From an uncultured virus (IMG/VR IMGVR_UViG_3300006930_000006) (taxonomy: Duplodnaviria; Heunggongvirae; Uroviricota; Caudoviricetes): 57,297 nucleotides of DNA. Under the pieces are notes generated by a model. That model did not search any database and was not told the DNA's origin. It saw only the letters and a program-made list of their open reading frames with translations. A program made the translations under genes and the position numbers. Where the stretch lies: IMG/VR virus record IMGVR_UViG_3300006930_000006; one strand, 5' to 3'. Position 1 is the first letter of the stretch. Every line of letters starts with the position of its first letter. Of the stretch, positions 57,231-57,297 are shown piece after piece.

Positions 57231-57297
57231 TGTCTACCTTCCTAGTATTACTAGAGATAATCCAGCAGTAAATAATGTTCTGGAAATAATATCCAAG

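Noticed and set aside
57231..57297. Partial minus-strand ORF at the window edge
   Set aside because: Two frames are open over this short stretch, so the coding frame cannot be determined

Overview
AT-rich fragment of a T4-like (Tevenvirinae-related/'Far-T4'-type) myophage genome read in the standard genetic code. It carries the replication module (gp43 DNA polymerase, metallophosphoesterase, UvsX, gp41 helicase, gp32 SSB). Next come an inverted tape-measure-like gene and the tail/baseplate module (gp4, gp2, gp54-like, gp26, gp51, gp48, gp53, gp27-like, a split gp5, gp25, gp6, gp7, gp8, VrlC-like protein, several fibre/receptor-binding genes). These are followed by neck/packaging genes (gp13-gp17), gp18-gp23, a Hef-like homing endonuclease, tRNA-Ser(UGA), and a minus-strand block of small accessory genes with an atypical DNA methyltransferase. 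T4-type late promoters (TATAAATA) punctuate the structural genes. The most interesting region is the gp17-gp18 interval. It contains a late-promoter-driven ~75-nt two-hairpin RNA whose loops are anti-Shine-Dalgarno sequences able to pair across the terminase RBS, followed by a catalytically intact, TnpA-less TnpB under its own late promoter. Other notable signals are an apparent window-wide absence of CATG, a UUUUUUA -1 slippery site joining gp26 to an unannotated gp51, a split gp5 with a degenerate M23 domain in place of lysozyme, a capsid-targeted polyprotein-like gene flanked by twin UUCG hairpins, a gene-32-type pseudoknot, and a tRNA whose 5' end coincides with the predicted late transcription start. 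All product calls come from motif recognition and synteny by eye; no searches were run.
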